Source: an uncultured cyanobacterium (GTDB lineage: Bacteria > Cyanobacteriota > Cyanobacteriia > Cyanobacteriales > Nostocaceae). Taken from it: a DNA stretch of 64,000 nt. A model generated the notes under the pieces. The model ran no database searches. It saw only the letters and a program-made list of their open reading frames with translations, and was not told the origin of the DNA. Position numbers and translations under genes: made by a program. Shown in pieces: positions 29,701 through 39,026 of this stretch (the first letter of the stretch is position 1; each line of letters starts with the position of its first letter). The stretch spans positions 1,728,001 through 1,792,000 of the forward strand of contig OY970166.1 of the NCBI GenBank assembly GCA_963706595.1. Reading direction: 5' to 3'.

Positions 29701-30989
29701 TGAAGCCACTGCTGCTGCCAAACACCACGTAGCTCTGCCCTGAATTACTGCCGTTGGGGTCGGCATCGGATGCCCGAATAATCAGGTCATCAATGCCGTC
29801 GCCGTTGATGTCCCCGGCGCTGCTGACTGAAAAGCCTGAGTTATCACCCGCAATAATGCCGTTAATAGCGAAGCCGTTGCTGCCATCGAGGTTAGAGAGG
29901 TTGAGGGTGGAACCCAAGCCACTGCTGCTGCCAAACACCACGTAGCTCTGCCCTGAATCACCGCCGTTGGGGTCGGCACGGTTTGCCCCAATAATCAGGT
30001 CATCAATGCCGTCGCCGTTGATGTCGCCGGCGCTGCTGACAGACCTGCCTGATCTGTCACCCGCATTAATGCCGTTAATAGCGAAGCCGTTGTTGCCGTC
30101 GAGGTTAGAGAGGTTGAGGGTGGAACCCAAGCCACTGCTGCTGCCAAACACCACGTAGCTCTGCCCTGAACCATTATTGCCGTTGGGGGAGGCACCGTTT
30201 GCCCCAATAATCAGGTCATCAATGCCGTCGCCGTTGATGTCCCCCGCGCTGCTGACAGAACTGCCTGAGTAGTAATCTGTTGCAATGCCGTTAATAGCGA
30301 AGCCGTTGTTGCCGTCGAGGTTAGAGAGGTTGAGGGTGGAACCCAAGCCACTGCTGCTGCCAAACACCACGTAGCTCTGCCCTGAAGCACCGCCGTTGGG
30401 GTCGGCACCATAAGCCCCAATAATCAGGTCATCAATGCCGTCGCCGTTGATGTCCCCGGCGCTGCTGACAGACGAGCCTGAGCTGTCACCCGCATTAATG
30501 CCGTTAATTTTGAAGCCGTTGCTGCCGTCGAGGCTGGAGAGGTTGAGGGTGGAACCCAAGCCACTGCTGCTGCCAAACACCACGTAGCTCTGCCCTGAAG
30601 CAACGCCGTTGGGGTCGGCATACTTTGCCCCAATAATCAGGTCATCAATGCCGTCGCCGTTGATGTCCCCGGCGCTGCTGACAGACGAGCCTGAGAAGTC
30701 ACCCGCATTAATGCCGTTAATTTTGAAGCCGTTGCTGCCGTCGAGGCTGGAGAGGTTGAGGGTGGAACCCAAGCCACTGCTGCTGCCAAACACTACGTAG
30801 CTCTGCCCTGAATCACCGCCGTTGGGGTCGGCACCGATAAGCCCCAATAATCAGGTCATCAATGCCGTCGCCGTTGATGTCCCCCGCGCTGCTGACTGAA
30901 AAGCCTGAGTTGTCATTTGCTGCAATGCCGTTAATTTTGAAGCCGTTGCTGCCGTCGAGGCTGGAGAGGTTGAATGTGGAATTTGTCAT
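26771..30989 (-). CDS. FG-GAP (integrin-alpha-like) repeat / cadherin-like / RTX protein, likely T1SS adhesin; +1 frameshift at 30836
   Basis: 14 repeats with AGDINGDGIDDLIIGA Ca-binding loops, Ig/cadherin-like domains (LDFETQTSY) and GGxGxDxLx nonapeptides. ATG at 30989; an extra base at 30836 breaks the frame. Confidence 0.88.
28021..30975 (-). repeat. 14 tandem 213/216-bp near-identical coding repeats
   Basis: Constant blocks such as AGGTCATCAATGCCGTCGCCGTTGATGTC recur about every 213 bp; one shorter linker after unit 7; visibly GC-richer than the flanks. Confidence 0.97.
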
Positions 30990-31012
30990 GTTTTTAAGTG
31001 TTTTTGTCGTAA

Positions 31013-32089
31013 TTATGCGGGATTTTTAGCGTAAACAGCATCATTATCATTGTTGCCAATGGTAATTACCCTTCTGATTTGATCACTGCGAAAACCGATC
31101 GCCATCGGAGAGCGAATTTGTGGTAATACTGCTATGTCATACAATTCGTTAACTACGCCTTCGATGTTCAGGGAGTGAACGATATCCCCTGTTTTCAGGT
31201 CTATAACCAACAAACCGCACCTAGCAGTAGTATCTTTGGCCGCCAGCTTGTCATCTAGGGGTAAGCCACTCAAGGTTTTGGTATGACGGGATTCGGAAAT
31301 ACCAACAATGGCAAAGTTGTGATGAAATGCCAGTCCTCTTTGATAACCTGGACAAAAGGCTATGGCCTGAAATTTGCCTGTTTGTAAGTCTGCATAACCA
31401 AATTCCCCTGTTCCGGAATTAAGTAACCACAATTTGTCTTGATACCATCGGGGTGAGTGGGGCATGGATAGTCCTGCTAAGACTATTTCGTTGCTGTCAA
31501 TGTCTATAATGCAACCTCCTTCTACCCGCTTTTGTCGCCAACCCTCGTTAATATCCGACTTACTAATAACGCTGACGTATTTAGGCTTGCCATCTTTTAG
31601 TGCCACTCCGTTGAGATGACATCTATCCTCTGCTGCGAGTTTAGATATGAATGGTGGTTGCCAAACTGGGATAAAACTATGGGTTTGGCTAACAGTGGCT
31701 AAACAGCTAAATAAAGTGTTAGCAAAAACTATTTGTTGCTTGTCATCAACGACAATATCGTGAATATCTAAGTCCCCTGTGATGTAACCAACTTGGGGTA
31801 GATATACGGCATCGTGATTATTATAAGTTTCCCCTGGTGCGAGGGTATTTTCAAATCGCCACAGTTGGTAAAGGGTGCTAATATAAAGGCTGTTACCTGT
31901 GGCATATAAGCCCATACACCTGTCTAGGGTGCGCTCGAATACAGCTAGTTTACCAGTTGGTTCTAAGCCGATAAAAAATACTTTACCTGCTTGGTAAGTG
32001 GTAAATACAAGGCTAAGATTTTGTTCGTATAGCCAAGGTGTAAATTGCCTGGATGCTGTGATTTCTAGTTGGGGTTTTGTTATATTCAT
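31013..32089 (-). CDS. TIGR03032/DUF4915 family protein (uncharacterised)
   Basis: SLVFTTYQAGK, TGDLDIHD, AAEDRCHLNG and LSMPHSPRW motifs; 23 nt upstream of the FG-GAP gene. Confidence 0.88.
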   Translation of the reverse strand: MNITKPQLEITASRQFTPWLYEQNLSLVFTTYQAGKVFFIGLEPTGKLAVFERTLDRCMGLYATGNSLYISTLYQLWRFENTLAPGETYNNHDAVYLPQVGYITGDLDIHDIVVDDKQQIVFANTLFSCLATVSQTHSFIPVWQPPFISKLAAEDRCHLNGVALKDGKPKYVSVISKSDINEGWRQKRVEGGCIIDIDSNEIVLAGLSMPHSPRWYQDKLWLLNSGTGEFGYADLQTGKFQAIAFCPGYQRGLAFHHNFAIVGISESRHTKTLSGLPLDDKLAAKDTTARCGLLVIDLKTGDIVHSLNIEGVVNELYDIAVLPQIRSPMAIGFRSDQIRRVITIGNNDNDAVYAKNPA

Positions 32090-32784
32090 TTAAGGGTTCA
32101 CCAAAAAATAAATGCCTCAATTTGGTGGGAGAGGGCAAGGACTGCCTATCGTTGGTAATGAGCGGGCAAGATGCCCGCACCACAAGAAAATTGGCATGAT
32201 TTTTTTAATTGGAGTTCTCTAAAAACGGATGTGTTTTTACTAAGAGAGACTATCTATTCTGTACTTAAAATCGCAGCAGAATGAAGCCTTATTTCTAATC
32301 AGAAAAAGACCAGATGAACAGAAATTAAATTTAAACCCAACTTGACCTAAATAAAGGAGTTAAGCTATATCTAATTTTTATCTAAGTGGTTTTTTACGAA
32401 ATGGATTATGTTTAACCTCCTGAAAACCAAAATATCCTTAAATTTTACTATTGTCAAATATTTTACACGCTGTTTTTCCAAAAAATATATAATCAGGTTT
32501 TGGGTTAATAGCAACTTACTTAATAAGCTAAAAATTTGAGCAGAAAAATCAGTAAATACCACCTATTCAAAGTGATTCTTCATGAAAAAATTATCTGATT
32601 TGGTTTATTATCTTGATATAGCTAGTATTTTCACTGAATTTTAGATCATGTTTAGATATGTATAATTTGCCATTGATTCATAAAGCTTTGATATTTGATA
32701 TTTTTTATTAGTAATTTTGTCTATATAAAGTAGAAAAAATAACTTATTACACTGGGTGTAAAAGATGCTTTGGTTTTGCTTTTC

Positions 32785-33536
32785 TAGAACTTACCCATTG
32801 ACAATAAATACTAAATATGAATAACAGTAAAAAGCACATATTTCGTAGGGGTTTAGCAATGCTAAACCCCTACGACACGGGTGTATTTAGTATCAACATC
32901 ATCATTGTTCAAAGCCGGAAATTGCCTATTTTGGTGAGAATATATAGCGGTTATAGCAAAAGTTAAAAGTCAAAAGTCAAAAGTCAAAAGTCAAAAGTGA
33001 AAGACTTGCTTTGACTGGGTTTTAGACTTTTCCTATGTCCTAATCTCCTTGGCGGTTGCTATATCAGTTAAGAGGTTGTTTGAAAAGTCTTATTGTTGGT
33101 AGCAAAACATTCTAGATCCCCCTAAATCCCCCTTAAGAAGGGGGACATTGATCGCTGTTCCCCCCTTTTTAAAGGGGGCTAGGGCGTGTTTTCAAAGTCT
33201 AGAAGTAGGTTGGGTTAAGCGCAGTGCAACCCAACGCACCAAACCCAATATGGGGTAAAGTTGGGTTTCCCAAAACCTCAACCCAACCTACATTTACTTT
33301 TTAAAGGGGGCTAGGGGGGATCTGCGAGTGCCTAAAATCACAGCCAACCACTTTTCAAACATCCTCTAAGTGAGATACAAGAACCCCACCCCCAACCCCC
33401 TCCCATATCAAAGGTTTATCCTTTTCTTCCCCCCGTTTCGGGGGGATTTCGGGGGGTGCGAGGAGGGGGCTATGATGTACTTCATTGAAGTGGATACCGC
33501 TATACCATGATTAATTTGTACAGTGCGTAAGTCCTA
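32785..33536 (-). mobile_element. Nested stack of at least five miniature elements
   Basis: A (32785-33536) contains B (32943-33504). B contains C (32954-33061, TA/TA) and D (33072-33366, TAA/TAA, TIR GAGGWTGTTTGAAAAG). D contains E between 19-bp direct repeats. Confidence 0.8.
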
Positions 33537-33576
33537 TATATAAGGGTTTTGCGCGGTTATTCTTGAAGAAGTTAGA

Positions 33577-35811
33577 TTAAGGAACTTCAATGGGAATCAA
33601 ACCGTTTTCTGGCACATAGTCACGGTAACGTCCTTCATCAGCTAGCAGTAAAACTAGACGCAGGGAATAATCTGGAGAAATTTGCAAATCAGCCCACGGG
33701 ATGGCAATTTCTAAACAATTATTGAAAGCGACTTGGGCGCGGCTAACGCGGGAATACCATTGATCATGTTCTCCAGCTTCCTGAAACTGAATTGATTGCG
33801 TGAGTAAGTTAATTTCTAGATGGTGGTGGTAATGGTAATTAAGTGGCGCGATATCTGGCACATCTGCGATGGGAATGGGGCTATTGTGCATTGTTCTATC
33901 GGGATAGAACCACAATAAATTCAATTCTGTCGGTAAATCTTTTCCGGGGACAACACCACTTTTAAAGTCTACCCGCACATAGAAATTTAGGTGATCTACC
34001 CCATACCACAGTCGCTGAATGAGGCTGCTATTGTGCATGGTTCCCCTCGCGCCACCGATTTCTAAGCGTCCGGCTTTGTCCCAATCCTGTTCATCTCCTT
34101 TACCATTAATGGTGGGATGAATAAACCCTTCGGGTCTATGACTAGCTCGTGTTTCATGCACCTCTAGGGGTTGTCTGAGATAAGATGGTGCGGGTTCGTT
34201 TAAGGCGTGATAAATTCCTAACAGGTGTTCGCGAAATAATTGGTCGAAAATGGCATCCTGATTGGATGAATGTCCTTCGCCAAACCACCAGAACCAATCG
34301 GAACCTTCGGCGGCGTATAAGGATTCCCAGGCTTCTGGGTTACTTTCTTCGGTGGCTTCGGGATGTCTGGCTAGTGTTTCTCTGGCGTGGGTGAGGTAGT
34401 CCCAGGCGCGATTTTTGGCGGGATCTCCTATCCAGGTGGTGAAGCTACCATCTACCCAAGAACCACTATGTAGCTGTTCTCCGGGAATGGTTGCGGTGGC
34501 GGGAAATTGTTCGATAAATTCGGAGACGGTGACGAGTTTCAGATGGGGTTCGTTGCTTAAATTGTGATATAATGATTCTAAAAAGGGTTTGCCGTCTTGG
34601 GGATAATACTCCCAGCAATTTTCCCCGTCCAAGGCAATGGTAACTAGCCAAGGTTGTTCGCTGTCGCTTTCTCTTTGCATTTTAGCGATCGCCTGTAGAT
34701 GTCCCACTAAGTCTGCGGCTGCTTCTTTGGCTGGCATTGAGCCGTAGGTAAAGCCAATCAAATCTGATAATCTGTGGTCACGAAAGACAATAGATAAATC
34801 ACCGGCGGGAGTTTCTAAGCGATAGGGTCTGTATAATAATTCGGGTTCTTCGACATTCCCAGCCCCATCCCGATGAAAGAAGTGTTTTAAAGACCACCCT
34901 AAAACTGCTTCATCTGAGCAAATCCACTTAAAACCTTGTTTAATAATATAAGGCAGAATTTCCGGGCTGACTGATTGTTCTGAAGGCCATAAACCCCGTG
35001 GTTCTTGCCCAAAACGTTCTGTATATAATTCCCAAGCTTTACGCAAGTGGCGAGGAATGTCTTCTACCCACTGAAAGCGCTGGTGAGGTAGTGTCATAGA
35101 AGGCACTGCTACTTGCCCAGAGTTGGTATCAGCTAATAAGGGCAAAATCGGGTGAGTGTAGGGCGTGGTGGTGACTTCTAAGTGCCCGGTTGCTTGCATT
35201 TTCCGGTGTTGGGGAATAATCCGACTCAGAATTTCGCGCTGTTTGGAATATATGCGCTGGCGATCGCTTAAAGTAAAGTTTCGTCCTTGCTTTAACCAAG
35301 CAGCAATTTCCGGATCATCCCAAAATAAAGGATCAATCCAGGCGAGATTATGCCAAGCCAGCAAGTCGCTGTAATCTGGCAATTGCCAATTAGCCAAACA
35401 CCAAGCTTGACCTTTTTCCTGTCTTTGGGAATATAACTCGGCGTAGCGGGGATGAGGATCAATCAGAGTATGGTGATTGGCATCAAAAAAATGTTGGATA
35501 ATAAATTCTCGTTGTGCCTGAGTTATTTGGGCATCAGGTGTCAAACTAGCTGTGAGATAGGGGTCAAAAGCAGTCCCGGCAATATAATCTTCTAATTGTA
35601 AGATCAGGGATGGGACTAAATTTACCGTCTGGTGTAACTTCGGATACTTTTCCAGAATTAATATTAAATCTAAATAATCCTTGGTTCCATGCAATCGTAC
35701 CCAAGGCAATCGGTAATGCTGACTGGTAGAAAGCGAAACGCCTCTGTTCGGGGACTTGTACAGAGGCTGGTGTTGATGCCAGATAAAAGCGATATGTAAT
35801 GGATGAGACAT
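33577..35811 (-). CDS. Glycoside hydrolase family 57 (amylopullulanase-like)
   Basis: WHQHQPLY, GLWPSEQ, ALDGENCWE and AEGSDWFWW motifs. Confidence 0.93.
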   Translation of the reverse strand: MSHPLHIAFIWHQHQPLYKSPNRGVSLSTSQHYRLPWVRLHGTKDYLDLILILEKYPKLHQTVNLVPSLILQLEDYIAGTAFDPYLTASLTPDAQITQAQREFIIQHFFDANHHTLIDPHPRYAELYSQRQEKGQAWCLANWQLPDYSDLLAWHNLAWIDPLFWDDPEIAAWLKQGRNFTLSDRQRIYSKQREILSRIIPQHRKMQATGHLEVTTTPYTHPILPLLADTNSGQVAVPSMTLPHQRFQWVEDIPRHLRKAWELYTERFGQEPRGLWPSEQSVSPEILPYIIKQGFKWICSDEAVLGWSLKHFFHRDGAGNVEEPELLYRPYRLETPAGDLSIVFRDHRLSDLIGFTYGSMPAKEAAADLVGHLQAIAKMQRESDSEQPWLVTIALDGENCWEYYPQDGKPFLESLYHNLSNEPHLKLVTVSEFIEQFPATATIPGEQLHSGSWVDGSFTTWIGDPAKNRAWDYLTHARETLARHPEATEESNPEAWESLYAAEGSDWFWWFGEGHSSNQDAIFDQLFREHLLGIYHALNEPAPSYLRQPLEVHETRASHRPEGFIHPTINGKGDEQDWDKAGRLEIGGARGTMHNSSLIQRLWYGVDHLNFYVRVDFKSGVVPGKDLPTELNLLWFYPDRTMHNSPIPIADVPDIAPLNYHYHHHLEINLLTQSIQFQEAGEHDQWYSRVSRAQVAFNNCLEIAIPWADLQISPDYSLRLVLLLADEGRYRDYVPENGLIPIEVP

Positions 35812-35896
35812 ATTGAATAATAGAAAATGGGGGATTAGGCTTGGGAAATGGGGTATGGGGCATTGGTTATTCCCCTTTTCCCCATCACCCCAGCCG

Positions 35897-36127
35897 CTAG
35901 ATTACTTGCTCAATTTCGGCGATTTCGGGAATCATTTCCTTGAGGCGACGTTCAATACCCATTCTCAACGTCATTGCGGAACTAGCACAAGAACCACAAG
36001 CACCTTGTAACCGCAGTTTCACAACCGGACCATCAAGTTCTACCAGTTCCACGTTACCCCCATCAGACATCAAGTAAGGGCGCATTTCATCCAAGACTGT
36101 TTCAACGTTGTCAATTGTCAATTCCAT
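35897..36127 (-). CDS. nfu: NifU-C/Nfu Fe-S carrier
   Basis: [13 protein letters not shown]...GACGSC. Confidence 0.92.
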   Translation of the reverse strand: MELTIDNVETVLDEMRPYLMSDGGNVELVELDGPVVKLRLQGACGSCASSAMTLRMGIERRLKEMIPEIAEIEQVI

Positions 36128-36300
36128 TATGTGAGGCCTCTTTGGGTAGGAAAATTTTGATATTCAAAGTTTGTTAACTTAATTTTAGATACAATTGTCC
36201 CTATATTGTGTATTGATTAAAGTTGAAAAGCTCATAGTCATGCATTGATGACTCGCAAACCAACGACTGCTGGATAGTACCAGGGCAAACATCAATAATT

Positions 36301-38064
36301 TCAATCAAGATCATTAGCAGAAACTAAGACTGGTTGCTGATACAGAGGGACTGTAAATGTGACTGTTGAACCAAGTCCTTCGCCGAGACTGTAAAAATGT
36401 ACTTCACCGCCCATAGCCTCGATCAGCTTTTGGGATATTGCTAGTCCCAAACCTGTACCGCCATACTGGCGAGTCCGGGAACCATCCACTTGAGAGAACA
36501 ATTGAAATAGTTTGTCTTGTTTGTCCAGGGAAACACCAATACCTGTGTCGGCTACTCTTACCCTCACCATTCCGGGGAATTCCTGCTCTTTAAATTTTGC
36601 CTTTTTCAAGACTAAATCAGCGCTGATGGTGATGCCGCCTTCTTGGGTGAATTTGATGGCATTATTCACCAAGTTGAGCATGACTTGGAGCAACCGTTGG
36701 AAATTACCTTGGACAATAATTTCATCAGAGGTGGGAAGGGTATCCATCCGAAAGCTGAGGTTTCTGGACTCGGCTTGGGGACGGAGAAAATTTTCCACAT
36801 CTTCAAATAGCTCATTCAGCTTGACTGGAGAGCAAACTAGCTCCATTTTGCCGGCTTCGATTTTGGCTATATCTAAGATATCGTTGATGATATTGAGCAA
36901 ATGTATGGATAGATGATGGGCTTCTGAGAGGAACTGATGCTGTTCTTCAGGATCATCTGCCATACCTTCTAAAATCAGCTTCAAAAATCCAATCATGCCG
37001 TTGAGGGGAGTGCGAATTTCATGGGATACATTAGCCAGAAATTCACTTTTGAGGCGGGAGGCTTCTTCGGCTTTTTGACGGGCTGCTTCTAATTCTTTGT
37101 ATAAGGTAGCATGAGCGATCGCTGTACCCAACTGATCGGCAAACTCTTTTGCTAGTTCTAGTTCTGTATCTGTTAACGGATCAAATTCATCTCGCAGACT
37201 CAGGCAAATCAGTCCGTTGGCTTGGTCTTGATGGCTGGTAGCCACCACTAATAGTTTGTGCTGGGGACACAGATTATACCCCGATACTTCCATGACAATG
37301 GGTTCTAGGGTTGCCAACGCCTGAGCAAAAGCTGGCTCAGAAGTTACATCCATTTCTAAGCCAAGCACCGAAGCCCGTTCTGGGTGGTGATACTCTGCTA
37401 TCACCCTCACTATAGAACTAGAGGGCTGGTAAGGACAGATAATGCAGCGTTCTAGCCGCAGCGCTTTTCCTAAACTGTCAACTGTTTGTTGCCAAATAAT
37501 ATCTAAATCCAATGTCCGGCGAATATTTCTGGTAATTTTATTTACCAATTTCTGGTATTGCTGCGTTCGTCCAGCGTGACGCAGTACACTTAAAGCCAAT
37601 TCTACCTGTGTCAGTTCTTGTGGTGTTTCCTGAACTTCTGTTTTGTTCGGTATAGCTTGCAATAACCGTCCCATTACTAAAACTGTAGTGGCGGCGGTTC
37701 CTAATTGCGGCATCATCGGGGAAATCACCAACTCCAACTCAAACAATTCTTGGCCATAGCTAAACCAGCATTGAAACTTCTCCGGCACCAAACTATTTAA
37801 AATCCGGTGCAACCGTTCCAAGTAAGCACCATTGTCTACAGGGACAAAACCTTCGTCCTCATTGCACTCATTCACTATTTGCTTGGGGTTTAATCCTAAC
37901 AGTTCACTATCCTGCCAATAAAATGTCAGGTAGCGTCCTGCCCCATCTTGCGTGTACACCAACTCACAACCGAGAGTTGGCAAGGAGCCATCGGTTTTAT
38001 TCGTCGAGTAGTCCAGATTCTGGGGAAATAAGTTAGGCAATTTGGAGTTAGCAGTAATAGTCAT
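36301..38064 (-). CDS. GAF-domain sensor histidine kinase
   Basis: SHEIRTPL H-box; NLVNNAIKFT, DTGIG and GGTGLGL boxes; start approximate. Confidence 0.93.
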   Translation of the reverse strand: MTITANSKLPNLFPQNLDYSTNKTDGSLPTLGCELVYTQDGAGRYLTFYWQDSELLGLNPKQIVNECNEDEGFVPVDNGAYLERLHRILNSLVPEKFQCWFSYGQELFELELVISPMMPQLGTAATTVLVMGRLLQAIPNKTEVQETPQELTQVELALSVLRHAGRTQQYQKLVNKITRNIRRTLDLDIIWQQTVDSLGKALRLERCIICPYQPSSSIVRVIAEYHHPERASVLGLEMDVTSEPAFAQALATLEPIVMEVSGYNLCPQHKLLVVATSHQDQANGLICLSLRDEFDPLTDTELELAKEFADQLGTAIAHATLYKELEAARQKAEEASRLKSEFLANVSHEIRTPLNGMIGFLKLILEGMADDPEEQHQFLSEAHHLSIHLLNIINDILDIAKIEAGKMELVCSPVKLNELFEDVENFLRPQAESRNLSFRMDTLPTSDEIIVQGNFQRLLQVMLNLVNNAIKFTQEGGITISADLVLKKAKFKEQEFPGMVRVRVADTGIGVSLDKQDKLFQLFSQVDGSRTRQYGGTGLGLAISQKLIEAMGGEVHFYSLGEGLGSTVTFTVPLYQQPVLVSANDLD

Positions 38065-38243
38065 TAATAGAGTTGGATAGACAAATGGCAACTCAAAACA
38101 GTTTTGCTGAAGCTGATCAAAAAAATTTAGCGTAAATTATTACAGCTTTAGCATTCTTACATTAGGTATTTTGGCGTGTATTGAATCTAGATTGACAAAC
38201 TTTACATTTTTTTCATGTTCTATTTACAACAAGTTAATGAATG

Positions 38244-38480
38244 TCAATCATTCCATTCACCCCGTGGCGGCACAGGTATGCGGCGAGGAGTACGTGTCAG
38301 TTCATCATCTCTGTTAACCTCACCGCGCAACCATTGACGAATAGCCACTTCAATCACTTTACTGGGGTCGTTGGTTAAGTGCTGAATTTGTTCTAGTAAC
38401 TCCGAGTCCAGGCGGACAGCGATTTCTACCTTGTCGGCTCGTATTGACTCCGCTCCGGTAGCTTTCTCTTTCATATTCAT
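38244..38480 (-). CDS. Small ribbon-helix-helix (CcdA-like) protein
   Basis: KVEIAVRLDSELL...SKVIEVAIRQWL RHH pattern. Confidence 0.7.
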   Translation of the reverse strand: MNMKEKATGAESIRADKVEIAVRLDSELLEQIQHLTNDPSKVIEVAIRQWLRGEVNRDDELTRTPRRIPVPPRGEWND

Positions 38481-39026
38481 AGATTTCTATACTCAGAGAT
38501 TGTTGCCTCTAAAGCCTTGTCGCGCGGTGATTATGTACCATTCGGGTGAGTTGACTAACTACTGTGAAAGCGCAAATTTACCGCACAGTTAGATAGTTCC
38601 CCAAAATCCCACCAAAGTAACAGCATTTGGTTTTAAATGGTAAATGTGATCGAACTCGCTAGACAACAGCTCTAGAAATTGTGTGAGTAAATCAGTAGTT
38701 ATAGGCAGTTACGCAGTGTAACAGCCCACGATCTCCACATTCTTTACTTACATATATTTATTGTACGCTCCTGGTTGGTCAATCCCATCATGTAAAATAG
38801 ACTTTATATATATTTTGCAAAATCCCCAATCCCAAATCTAAAATTGGTGCAGTCAAAAAAGACGAGAGGCCGCAGGGGGTAGGGGGATGAAAGAGGCAGG
38901 AGTGCAAGGTGCAGAGGGAAAAATCTAATTAATTATCCCAAAACAGCGTCTTTGCTAAGAAAGCATTAAAATATATGAAGTAAATTTCTTGTTTAACCTT
39001 GGTTGCTGCTTCAGCAAAGATAGTAT

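Noticed and set aside
28087..30800. Many 63-70 aa ORFs in alternative frames and the antisense strand
   Set aside because: Shadows of the GC-rich FG-GAP repeat, recurring once per unit, with no RBS
28021..30975. CRISPR-like array or complete DGR cassette
   Set aside because: Repeats are in-frame protein repeats; no RT, Avd or separate template is visible in the window
38244..38480. Toxin-antitoxin module
   Set aside because: CcdA-like RHH gene but no adjacent toxin ORF
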